Assembly: GCA_051362555.1 (NCBI GenBank)
Contig: CM120642.1
Location: 16,554,001-16,618,000, forward strand
Source of the DNA: Lingula anatina
Lineage: Eukaryota; Animalia; Brachiopoda
Length of the DNA: 64,000 bases
Direction: 5' to 3'
The position numbers were made by a program, and so were the translations under genes. Numbering within the stretch: the first letter of the stretch is position 1; each line of letters begins with the position of its first letter. The notes beneath the pieces are model-generated. The model searched no databases. It had not been told where the DNA came from and worked only from the letters and a program-made list of their open reading frames with translations. Below, one piece after another: positions 38,485-51,008 of this stretch.

Positions 38485-39025
38485 TGGGCACGAAAACAGC
38501 TCATTACCTATACCAGCAATATAAGTAAAGAACACACCAAACGTACATCCGGGTCAACTACATAAATTTTATAAATGGGCAAACATAAATAAATTTTTCG
38601 ACGCCCCCCCCCCTCCTGCCGTGCCCTCTTTTCGTTTCGTTGAAACCGGTTTCATGCAAATTGGATACTTCAGGATGTGGTTTTTACAACGGTCGCAAAC
38701 GTTTGCTATCACACACTTATATATATAACCTTGAAAACGAAGAACCTGTTCCCTCATTCAGCCGGATTCTACCACTTGCATGTAGTATCTGATTCCTCTT
38801 CCTGACCTTATTTCTCATGTGAGGACAAAATGTTGTTTGTCTGTTGAAGTTTCATAGTTTGTGTCATTTTTATTTCTTTCATTTTTCCCTTTTGTCATTT
38901 ATTTTGCCTTTTCCCATTTATTTTATTAAATGAAGATATCATTTCTTCACCCTTTTCTCTTTTCAAGGGGCCGCTATACAATGCATTTCATGTATTTTCT
39001 TTAAATCGGACAACGAATTTTCCTT
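38485..39025 (+). pseudogene. Truncated duplicate of the Ly6 gene 5' region (promoter block plus intron 1 end and exon 2 start, lacking exon 1)
   Basis: 38485-38787 matches 39025-39331. 38787-39026 matches 39878-40117, including the acceptor and GAAIQCISCIFFKSDNEF codons. Confidence 0.8.
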
Positions 39026-39347
39026 GGGCACGAAAACAGCTCATTATCTATACCAGCAATATAAGTAATGAACACACCAAACGTACATCCAGGTCAGCTA
39101 CATAAATTTTATAAATGGGCAAACATAAATTAATTTTTCTGCGCCCCCCTCCCCTCCCCTCCTGCCGTGCCCACTTTTCGTTTCGTTGAAACCGTTTTCA
39201 TGCAAATTGGATACTTCAGGATGTGGTTTTTACGACGGTCGCAAACGTTTCCTACCACACACTTATATATAACCTTGAGAACGAAGAACCTGTTCCCTCT
39301 TTGAACCGGATTCTACCACTTGCATGTAGTAGTATACATTATTCATT

Positions 39348-42120
39348 ATGAAGATGTTCGGTCTATACCTTTTGTTTTCTCTCTCATCAACATTAGCCAC
39401 AGGTAAGTTAAGGTAAAACCAACTTCAGCTTTTCTCCATACACGGATAAATATTTGAAAACACCAGCTTGGTTAAACAATATGAACATTCATAGCACAAT
39501 GTAGACAAATCAGGGTGATGAATTACGTGCAAATGCGTGTATTTTATGTAAACCAGGGAAACTGTTCCAAACGGTTTTGTTTTGTTGTAAATAGAAAGCA
39601 GTCAACAGACTTGCAACACACAAAATCTGGAATTCTAGGAACATGTTTGAGTTCAGTAACTTATATATTTGCACAGGAGGTATCAAATTCGGATAAAGAT
39701 GTGACCCAGTATTACATAAGGTTGCCCTGTTAAGGTATCTCCTTATTCTTGTTATAAATACATGTAATTCCAATGTACATGTAGAAGAAAATGTACCCTG
39801 TAGGAGCCCAGGAAAATCTAAAGTAGCGTGTATATTGTATATAAGGTCTGATACTGGAGGAGGCTTGCCTACCAAGCATCTGATTCCTCTTCCTGACCTT
39901 ATTTCTGATGTGAGGACAAAATTTTGTTTGTCTGTTGACGTTTCATAGTTTGTGTCATTTTTATTTCTTTCATTTTTCCCTTTTGCCATTTATTTTCCCT
40001 TTTGCCATTTATTTTATTAAATGAAGATATCATTTCTTCACCCTTTTCTTTTTTCAAGGCGACGCTATACAATGCATCTCATGTATTGCCTTCAAATCGG
40101 ACAACGAATTTGCCTTGAATGCCTTTAAATTCGTCTATAACAATAGTGATATGCTTAACCAACAATGCCAGGACGATCCAACCGCTGTCCAAACAACTAT
40201 CAACTGCCCCGGTTCCTGCGTCCGGGCGAATTTCACAATGAAGTATGGCATTCCCACCTTGGTACGGTCACTCTTAAGTACATTTTATTGTTATTATGAA
40301 TTTAATACTTATATCAGAGATGATTCTTAATGTGATGCTTCTGATTTATGAACTTATTAATAACATCTGCTTTTTAACACATATATCTTCTTGTGTGTCG
40401 TGACATTAAGGCATTATATATTTATGCGTAATTACAGTCTACATTTTTATAAGCGATGCTGTTTAATTATAGAATACCAGCAACATAGAAGTCCAGTTTT
40501 TTACTCGCACGTGTAATCCCGTAAAGAGCCTTGACACAGGTTGCAAGGATATTCAGGGTGGACAGGCAGTAATGGGCCTTGGCATCGGCTTCGTAAACCC
40601 AAATGCGACCGTTTTCGGAAAACAATGTGTCTGCAATACCGATTTTTGTAACAGGGACACAAGGAACTTTCCTAACTTACCTGAAGGTAAATCTTCTCAA
40701 ATCTGATTCAGCAATACTGATTCTTGATTCTAGTAGCAGTGGGCAGCGCATATGATTCTTTTTTAATTTCATTAATGTTTACTCTTATTTCTTTAATTTA
40801 TGACTATCCTTATTGTTATTATTTAATGAAAAGACGCTGGTCTTCTTTCCAGTTCCTGCCACCAAATGTCCCAACTGCTTTCAGGCGGATTTTGTCTCCG
40901 GTGACCCTGAACTGGATCGGTCTTTAAACGCTCAACCACAACACTATCCGACCTATCACCCATTGTGTGGTGAGGGACCCCAACTATTACCAGCCGTAGA
41001 CTGCCGGGGAACCTGCCTTGTGGTACGGATAGCAGGACAAGTGAATTTTACCACAGTACGTATGCAAAAGACAAGAGTATACAAAAAGTATCATCATCAT
41101 TTTCTTCCCATGGGCGAGGTGTGTGCGTGTGTGCGCGCGTGGGTGCGTGCGTGCGTGTGTGTGTTTAGTCACTGTAAGTGCCTGGCCATGCCCCACTACC
41201 AGGGGTATTCTGTAGCTCTCGCAATACTGTAGAAACGAAGGACTACCAGTATTAGAGCAACTGGTAAAGAAAGCCACTTGTAGAGAACAAGCTTTGCCGT
41301 CGCCCTCACCGTTCACGTCTCTTTTTTTTCAACCTGTAACTGACAGAACTTTTTTACAACAAATTTACCGAAAGGCTTTATTTTGTAAATAAAAATGAAA
41401 GACAAAAGAAGCCCATGGTCACGTAATACTTCCTGTGTATAAAAGTATTGTAATCTGACAATAGACGGCGTTTAAGACATGTTGTAAAAGGTGAACTTCA
41501 GCTCCGAAGATTGTAGAACCGTTACTTGGTCACAGTTTATCTACTTTTTCCATATTGTATGATGCTTTTACCATACAGTTTATAAACATAATTTCATATA
41601 CTTGTTTTCAAATACTATTAGAATGCAATCTTTTACATTCATTTTCATTCCTGTGCAAAAAAAAATGGATATTTAAAATCTTTCTTACACATTCTATTAC
41701 TTGATACTACAGGAGAGGAGTAAAACTATTGCTTATACGGCCATTCAACGACAGTGCAGCGGTTTCCGTACTGAAGAAGGATGCCAGGCCGGTCCGGACA
41801 TCGGTCGTTTCGCCATCTCCGAATTCATCCCTAGAAACCTACTGGGTGGAATAGGTGTTTTCTTCCAGGGATTGAACGCGTCTGTTTGCACTTACAGCAC
41901 CGCTGAGCAGACGACACTAGGTGGCACTTCTGGTGCCATGGGAGGCATTACTTGGAATTTGAAGAGCTTTACTGTGCCTTTGGTGAACGCGTCTGTTTAC
42001 ACTTACAGCACCGCTGAACAGACGACACTAGGTGGCACTTCTGGCGCCATGGGAGGCATAACTTGGAGTTTGAAGAGCGTTACTGTGCCTTTGGTCCTCT
42101 TTGTTATCGTGACTGCTTAA
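39348..42120 (+). CDS. Secreted or GPI-anchored Ly6/uPAR (three-finger, quiver/sleepless-like) protein with two LU-type domains
   Basis: Exons 39348-39402 (signal peptide MKMFGLYLLFSLSSTLAT), 40059-40261 (DAIQCISC...CQDD...CPGSC), 40473-40686 (RTC...GC...QCVCNTDFCN, the LU terminal motif), 40853-41055 (KCPNC...LC...CRGTC) and 41713-42120 (RQC...GC..., hydrophobic C-terminus VPLVLFVIVTA*). Exons 2 and 4 are both 203 nt with the same phases. Confidence 0.8.
41873..42094 (+). repeat. In-frame 111-bp tandem duplication in the last coding exon
   Basis: NASV(C/Y)TYSTAEQTTLGGTSGAMGGITW(N/S)LKS(F/V)TVPLV appears twice, with few substitutions. Confidence 0.95.
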
Positions 42121-45100
42121 ATTGAGTATATCTAAGGCGTCTTTTGTATAGTGATTTGTTTGGTTAATACAAAAACAGACGTGAAAGTTACGGGAATAGA
42201 AACTTAAAGACAAGAGCCAGGACAAGGCGGAATGATCAAAGTGAAAAAGCCCTTCAGACTTTTTTTATTAATTAAAGAAACGGAAATATATCAATAAAAT
42301 TGTGACCAAGATCACTGATGACTGTGACAATACTCATTGTTCATTGGGCAGAAATGTTATTGTTATCGCTAGTTTTTTTTAAAATAAAAACGAGCAGAGA
42401 CGATTTTAAGAAAAAAAGTGAAACCTACTTTCATATTTTAGACGGCTACCGCATCCCAACTCTCAGTGTCAATTATCTCGTATGTCTGACGGGAAATTCA
42501 CACATATTTTTTTTTTTTTTTTTTGGAGGGGGGGGGGGGGTTGACAGCAATACACTTAGTATGATTATAACACAAGACAGAAACCCCAAGAATAGTCAGA
42601 ATTAGATAATTACTTGGCTCTTCAGTGCCATTTTTGAACAATTATATTCTTGGCTGGCAAACAAACGAAGGGCAATACTTGATATACCTGTATTTTAATA
42701 TTTAAATACACAAAGATTAAAAGGGTTTCCTTGTAAATGCAATCCCTTTTACTCGTCCAAGCTGTAAGGCATACACTAGTTCTACTATAGTTTCTTATGC
42801 GACTCAAAAAACCAACATGCCAAAAGATTAAGAAAAATTTTAAATCACTCTGACAGCAAAACAATAGCTTTAAAATTGCACCTTTACATTACGCAAAGAA
42901 GCCGAAATGGTAACATACATGTGTGTTCTGGCAACGTATGGTACATGTAACATATGTTCCGGGTAATTAAATTAAAATTTTTATACATATTTTGTAGTGA
43001 CTTAATCATGGTAAATTATACACGACGTAAGGATGTTTTTATAAATATTTAAACTGCATCTCATGGCTAATACCAGGTTAACTATGTTCCCCAAAAAATG
43101 TCAAAAAGTTTCATTTGGTAAAGTACTTGGTGCAGTAGAAAACGGTGTTTTCTGTTGCTGACCGCAAAATATATTGTGATTCCATGAGGCCTTTAAATGG
43201 TCATCGCAAGGAAGTCAGGGGCAGTATCATGTGTATGTAGTCCGAAAAGAGATATTTCATTGTCTAATATTAGTACATTAGGATTGTTAAAGTCATTAGT
43301 TGGGGAGGTTTATCTGTCCTTTTTTATCACTCCGTTAAATATGTAAGTATATGATAATAAAAGAATGGATTTCAAAAAAGCGCGTCTTTCTGGAATACTT
43401 GTTCTTGGCATCGTGGTATTTTTTGCTCACGAACGTGCCAACAGCGTGACTAGGCTGCTCAAGGTGACTTAAGTGTTTAAATGTGACCTCGCAGTATGAC
43501 ATACGCAAAATAATAAAAGATTTATTTATTCCAAGCCTATAAAATGTTCAAGTTTACGGACAAGAATGACTAAGAGATATAAACAGTATTAAATTATGAC
43601 TACATAAAAAGTAATGGAAAGTAAACAAACCAAGTTTATGTGATAAAATGTTATTCACTATGATCATAAAAACTGGAAACCATCCCATCTCGCTTCAACG
43701 AAAAACCGCAGAATAAAAGATGCGTAGATCCTGTTCATATTGACAGAGTATAAATTATTAGAGACTAAATGCACGCCTTCAAAGAGTTTTGCTTTTTTTA
43801 AAGTTAAAACTTAAAGGTTTTTAAAAGTTTAAACTTAAAAGTTGTATCATCGAAGAAAAACCACACAGGCCTGCATTGTTCCCACTGTACTGTGATTTCT
43901 CTTTTAACTCTTTAATCTTTTAATGTACATGTCTTCTTAGCGGAATCCGTATACATCATAGTTGATACATCATATTGTTACGTTTTTCACCCGAAAAAAA
44001 CCAAGGCGGAAGACGTAACTTTTTCTTGCAAATTCACTTTCTGTTTATTGAAACTAAGTTACAGCCAATGACTAGTAAGTAGGTGCTCTAAATCTAAGTC
44101 TGAAGATGCCAGTGCTCTGCTAATAGTGATCTAATGCTGCTCTTATACTAATACTGCTACTCACTCTCCATAGTCTGAGAGTGCGTCCCCAATTTATACA
44201 CCTCTGCGGCACTCTCTGTCCGTCTCCAGTTGGCTATTTTCAGCCATGCACTGTTTGACCCCCCAGCAGTCATTTCGAGCCACCTGTAGCTGGACATTTC
44301 TAGCCTTGTACTATGTGACTGACAGTGTTCATTTCCAGCCACATCCAGCTGATCATCTCCAGCTGCGCAGTTTCTGACTTTCTACGTTAAAGTGGCTCTG
44401 AGGTAAACAATCAATTACACACAAGTGCTACATGATCATTTTAAGAACACAACAATATATATCAATATATCAAAATCAACTTGGTCAATATTTAGCGTAT
44501 AGTGATGTTAGTGCTCAGCCCTGTGTTTAAATGAAATGGCAATTTGCTTTTTCTTGGTTGAGCGCATTTTCACTACTAAATATTGCTGTGTTATTTGCTC
44601 TTTGACTTGCTGGACAAAATATCTCTTTTTACGACTAATGGACAGGTTGGTTAAATGTTTAAGCCACTGCTTTTAACTCAGTCCACGTTAAGTACTAGAG
44701 TCTGAAAGCGTTCTACGACACCTTTATCTTGAGTTAAATATCACCTATCCGCATTACTCCAGTGCAGATTGCTAACTGTTTGAGTCGTAAAATCTGGGAC
44801 AATATAAGTTAATACTCAGATAATTTCTTTACAATAGCTGGTTTGTTAATCTTCTCGCCATTTTTGTATATTTGAGATAACGGTTAATGAATTAGCCGGC
44901 ACAATGTCATTACTCACCAATATAGAGGTGCTATTGATGTCACAGGCTCAGATTGCAAACTATGTTTGATTATTTTAGGGTCCCAAACGAAGAAGTTTGT
45001 ATCAAAGTTTCACTCTCCTGGAACCTTGAATAATAAAAAATAATTAATCGTCTAACCCCCAAAAGGAACAAAAGTTACTGTCACAAATGCAAAATGTGCA

Positions 45101-45606
45101 ACTGTGAAACGTTCGTTTTACTCACTTTGAAAATTCAATCATCACTGGGTCTGGTTTTTGATTTATCTCCTACAAGTATAACGTTGTAAACGATAGAGCA
45201 TTTAATTGTCTATTAGCAACTTTAGTTTGCTTGTCACTGAATATTTAAAAAACGGGGGAAATACACCCTACCGACAATAAAATAAGCATTAAAATATTTA
45301 TAAAATCATCCTTACGTCATGTCTAATTTACTATGACTGAACCACTACAAAATATATCGGAATGCGGTATAAAAGTTAAAATTAAATGACCCGGAGCATA
45401 CGTTACCGTACGTTTTTGAAACATACGTGTCCATTTCGGACTCTTGAGTAATGTAAAAGACATGGTAAAAATAAAAAATTGAATTTAAATTAAGACAGTC
45501 GTGGATTTTTGTTCTATATATGTTTTAAAAAATTGAATACAACAATTTTTTGACACTTCAGCGTGTGAAATGCACCTCTATATTGGCTTTGGGTGTACTG
45601 AGTCAT

Positions 45607-48600
45607 TCAGGAGACTTCACCTTTCTTCGACACTAACAGTGACATCTGTAAGTCTACGGCATACATTGTCTTAATTTTGTCTATAATATCATTCGGAATG
45701 TGACCATAATATTCATCCATAAGAGAAGCTGTGGGAATCTTACCCAATTCTGGACTCGGGTATTTCAGTTCTGGGTCAGCATTTAGTACTTTCAATATGT
45801 TTTCTGCGTCCTCAACTAGCGTCCCAAAGTCTCCGATGAAGTCATAGTCTATTGTACAAGGGGTACATATAACGTAGAATGGAGCCCAGTGAGCGTTAAA
45901 TCTAAAAGGGTTGTCTAAAATAAATCTCAGAAATTCCTCAAAAGTTATTTTTACATCTGGAAATAATTTAGGGATGTTATCCAGATCCGCTTCAAAGTTT
46001 TCACCGGATGGCATCCGGCCCTGGACTGAGTCTTTAGCACGTTTGATATGAACAGGAAATCCAGGTTTCTTGCCGTGGTATTGCGACATCACGAAGTTCC
46101 CAACAAGTGACAATATTTCTGGATGTTCATATGGTTTGCTTTCTATTTTATTCCTGTATACCGAAAGCAGCCGTTCCAAAGGGTTTCTGATAAACATCAC
46201 CTTTGTGTAGTTCTTCAACACGTGTTCACGTTCAATAAGCGTATATTGTTTAAGTAATTTCACATGTTTCGGTATAAGATCATAGTGAATTGTCTTTGCT
46301 TTTACTCTAACAAAATCACTATATTTGAGGACACCGGCAAGCCCCAACAAAAGTCGTTTCCAGTTGGTGTTGGCAATTTTCGGTACCTTGCAGTATAAAA
46401 GTTTGCTTCTTGCCTCCACTAATAAGCTGTCGGTTGAGAGGGTAGTTTGGCTCAAATTGAACTTCCTGCACACATCTCTCACATATTGCTTTCTTATGTG
46501 CATCTTTTGTAGCCATTGTTCTGACACCTGCCTTGATGACAACTATAAGTAAAGAATAAGTATGTATATATCTGACAGTTGCTCAAAATGATTGTTGCAA
46601 CATACAAAATTTATGAATTTTGTTGCCAATTTCATGTCAAATTTTTTGCACAATTGTATCATTACAGCTGCAAAATGTATAATAACTAGACATACAAAAG
46701 AAACAAAACAAATACGGTTTTATTGTATGCGTCCTGTGTACTGAATGGATTATTTAATATGGCCGCTGCAATTGTCCTCTTTTGGATACAGATTCTACTT
46801 AAACAAATACGCTAATAATTACCCAAGGAAGATTATAATAGCTTTCAATAATAATTTAATTTAAAAAATACAATACAATTATTTATACCAACAGTGGGTG
46901 TTAACCCTATGTGCATAATAAAGGACCACTAAGCGACGGAGCATACTGTCAAAAATTATTATAATTTTTTTAATTTTTGCCTGATCGTTTATACTGCACT
47001 CATCAGTTCGCCCCAGAAATTTTAATAGGGTTCATATTAGGGTTTTTGGCAGGTTGGGCATGAGCCGAATGTTGTATCGGTTCATAAAACCCGTTACCAA
47101 GTGGGCAATAGGCTCAGATCGCCTTGAAACTTAAGTTAAGTCCATGAAGTCCTTATTGTTGTTTCTAGTGCATTCTCTAATATGGCCACTGATAGATGTG
47201 CACTGATATTTTGGTCTTATTTGCTGTCTGTCGACCTGTGTCGGGAGGCGTCTACGGTTTGTCCAATGTAGTTTTCACAGCACCCAATAAAGGGAACCGG
47301 AGAAGATCAGCATTGGTCAGAATTGTGCCGGAAGTGACGTGCAGTGGTGTTAGAAACGAAGCTGAGTGGTCATTTTAACATAGAGGTGAACGGCAGTGAA
47401 GACGGGTTGTCGGAGGAAAAAAAAGTTTTCTAAACAACATGGTAAGATAACACTTTTTCTTTACGCATTTTGGGCAGAGAAAACTTGTAGAAATAATAAA
47501 TGCATAATATGAAAACGTGACACGGAACTTGAAGGTGCAAAATCGTGCTTAATTGGCGGTCAACTTGTTTTAAAATGAATGCTGCATCGACCGCCATTGC
47601 GGCAAAGAGTGTAAATGGAAAATAATTCCCGGGAGGCTGTAAATCGTTGCCATGTGGAAATCTGGCATTAATATAATCCGATATGTCCATATCTAAGTAT
47701 TTTTGGGGTGTTTTATGGTATGGGCTGCAATTACAACGATGTTTTAGAGGTCTTGAAGGACCTTGTGAAAACAAGGAAGTAGTTCGTAACTAACAAGTGA
47801 AATGTACCGATCTCCGACTGCTGTGCACAGCTGTATCTTTTTTTCAATATATTGACGAATTTTTGTCACAGGACAAATAAAACATTTCACTGACAAGATC
47901 TTCCCCAAAAGACAAAAAGAGAATTCAGGTGAGCTGACAGGTAATTAAGACTAGCTCAAAGTACTAATAATTGACATTATTATGCAATACTCAGTTGGTA
48001 AAACGATTCTCACAGGTAGATAAGATGTAACATGACCAATTTCTATAGGCTAATGATTGCCAGCCTGAGGAAATTGATTGCCAGTCTCTTTTGTCAGTGA
48101 TTTTTAACTCAGATAAGAGGCTGTCAGAATGTCACCTTTGTCTTGGCATTTGTCACTGATTAGCGCCTTCCCCAGTGTAAAAGGTATATCAGTGTGATCA
48201 TGTGTGTGGAATTTCATGCCAGATGGACATATAAAGATCTAAAAATTCGTCAATATATTGAAAAAAAGATACAGCTGTGCACAGCAGTCGGAGATCGGTA
48301 CATTTCACTTGTTAGTTACGAACTACATCCTTGTTTTCACAAGGTCCTTCAAGACCTCTAAAACATCGTTGTAATTGCAGCCCATACCATAAAACACCCA
48401 AAAATACTTAGATATGGACATATCAGATTATATTAATGCCAAATTTCCACATGACAACGATTTATAGACTCCCGGGAATTATTTCCCCTTTACGCTTTTT
48501 GTCGCGCTGGCGGTCGACGCAGCATTTATTTCTAAACAAGTTGACCGCAAATTAAGCACGATTTTGCACCTTCAAGTTCCGTGTCACGTTTTCATATCAT

Positions 48601-50509
48601 GCATTTATTATTTCTACAAGTTTTCTCTGCGCAAAATGCGTAAAAAAAGAGAGTTATCTTACCATGTTGTTTAGAAAACTTCTTTTTCCTCCGACAACCC
48701 GTCTTCACTGCCGTTCACCTCTATGTTAAAATGACCACTCAGCTTCGTTTCTAACACCACTGCACGTCACTTCCGGCACAATTCTGACCAATGCTGATCT
48801 TCTCCGGTTCCCTTTATTGCAAGTTAATGCCTATGTACATATATTACATGCCTATATATATTAAGTTTATATGCATACATGTATAATAATTGAGAAGATA
48901 GGTCTCAACAACTTTTCTCCAGACTTTTACGCATTCATCCCTTCTGACAACGCTGAATCTGCTTTAAAATGAGAATGGTGCCGCTGCTCAAGTTGTTTCC
49001 TGGTCCCGGTTTCACAAAAAAAGTTAAATCAGGTTCCCTGGCTAAAATCTAAATTACCAAGGTTACATGATCACATGGGCACATTTTACCCTATCAGGAG
49101 CAGTGTAACAACATCTCTTGAAAATCCATAATTTTTAGATGATCTATTGCCTAGTCGCTACGTAAAAGTAAAATTAAATCTGTGGGTACCCTTGAAGCAA
49201 TATACACGTACATGAATGCGTTAGGGGTGACATTTCTTTGGTAAATAAATCAAGAAACAAGAAAGCAACATATAAAATAGTAAAATTCAAATATAATACT
49301 CCCTTTATCATAAAAATTCAATTGAAAATTAAAAAGTAATAGGCCCTATCCCTTCATAAGACAACCCTTTTCCATGGGTGAAAACAGAAACAAGTGTTAC
49401 CTTTAAATCATTTGCTCTCTGCAACCATGATTGTGTGGTATTAGTGTACATGTAGTCAGGTTCAAATATACTGCCTTTGTAGGGATAGACAATATCACTC
49501 CCTAGACTGTCGTATTGCCGCCTGTGTACATCAGAAACCACTGGAAATCAATCCATATATACTCAGCTTGAATAACGAGATGACTGAAGATATTTCTTGC
49601 ACTTGAATGGATAACAACTCTTCATTTTGGCCAGATAATGAATTTTCCTGGGGATAACAACAATTTTCCCATTCTTACCAATGGTTAATGAATCCATTTC
49701 TACATTCAAATTTAGTCCCTGTTTTTTTTTTCTAGAAAGTTTGGTTTTTTTTGTATTGATCTCTGAAGACATTATTGCAGATTATAGCCATCTATGGAGG
49801 TCACATGGTCGGACGACAGGCATAGATTTTAGAATAATTGCTTTAACTGCCATTTTTGGTGGTGAAATAGAATATATTATATTTCCTTGAGTTGTTTACA
49901 ATGTTTTTATTGTGCAATATAAATTTTATACGAAGAGTTGTTATCCCTTTAAGCTTATGAATGCTATAAACAACGGTGATGTTTAATTTTATTTACGTGA
50001 GGTGCGATGCTGCCTGCATCTATAATTTAGATGCTTAGGCGTAAAAATCTGAAGTTCTTACTTAATATTCGTGAAATATATATACAATGATCTGTCGGTG
50101 AAGGTTTTGTTTTATATGGAAATATAGTTGTGAAGACAACAGATTTTTTAATGACATTATAATAATTAGCTAAGGTTAAATCATGTTATATGACAATTAA
50201 TCCTCAGTGGTGTTGTACATACAGAAGAAACATAAGCTAGCTTATTACATATGTGCACTAGCAACAGAAACAGGCATGCAATCCAGTCACATAGTATGTG
50301 ACTGCTCTTATGCCCAGTTATGCAGAAATGATTCATTATCAAAAGCCGAAGGCCATTCCCAGGCACGCTTATTACAAAAGGTACATATGTTCGTCCTCAC
50401 CTTCACTTTGTCGAGTTCCGGTCAGCCTGTAGACCACAAAACACAGTGTGACCATTACGCACGGCCTCAACAGTGGGCGCAGGACAGCGGCATAACGCTT
50501 CAGAGTCAT
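45607..50509 (-). CDS. CHST11: Carbohydrate sulfotransferase, HNK-1ST/CHST8-14 family (CHST11-like), type II Golgi membrane protein
   Basis: Exons 50509-50401 (MTLKRYAAVLRPLLRPCVMVTLCFVVYRL, signal anchor), 49540-49401 (stem) and 46542-45607 (catalytic domain). 5'-PSB motif CKVPKIANTNWKR, 3'-PB motif RNPLERLLSVYRNK, also NAHWAP and CTPCTIDYDFIG. The symbol is family-level only. Confidence 0.9.
47285..48819. mobile_element. Foldback-type non-autonomous element with ~580-bp inverted arms, in intron 2 of the sulfotransferase gene
   Basis: 47285-47864 is the reverse complement of 48241-48819 with few mismatches (CAATAAAGGGAACCGGAGAAG ... CTTCTCCGGTTCCCTTTATTG). The spacer is ~375 bp and no transposase ORF is present. 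Confidence 0.9.
49607..49948. mobile_element. Kolobok-like MITE
   Basis: Ends GAAGAGTTGTTATCCCT-TTAA and is the reverse-complement homologue of 59605-59941. Confidence 0.7.
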
Positions 50510-51008
50510 GTTTAATCTAAGACCCACCAAACAACATTATGAACGACAACATTGGCTTTGCCGCTGTTATATATACATATACCCGTATATTATGTCAGGT
50601 GTGACTGTCAAATGCAAGACGGTGATAAATAGCGAACATGTAGTTCAGTACCCTATTCCTGTCATAGATGTAGCTCCACAAGTCAAAGCTAGGGAACGTT
50701 CGACTCGACTTTATATCTGGAATTATCAATACCAGCATCATAGCAGACGCTATGGCTTATAATACATAGATAACAGGTTGGATATAGCTGCACTGCATAT
50801 GATTTATTTATCCAACCACCAATGACAGATATACACTATTTTTGTAAATTTAATTGGTGTGGCTTATGCCCTACCTTCATTTTTAACATACACCGCAAGT
50901 CAGCTGAGTTTGTAAAGGGTTTATTAACACACGCAAATCATAGTAAAATTACCCTGCTATAGAATGGTATAACGACGCAAAGACGATGTCATATATAACG
51001 TACCTGTG

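Noticed and set aside
39510-39989. 159-aa minus-strand ORF in Ly6 intron 1
   Set aside because: No recognisable domain. It overlaps the duplicated low-complexity intron segment and lacks supporting splice structure.
47430-47774. 114-aa ORF inside the foldback element as a transposase
   Set aside because: No DDE or DNA-binding motifs, and the mirrored arm has an indel breaking the equivalent frame.
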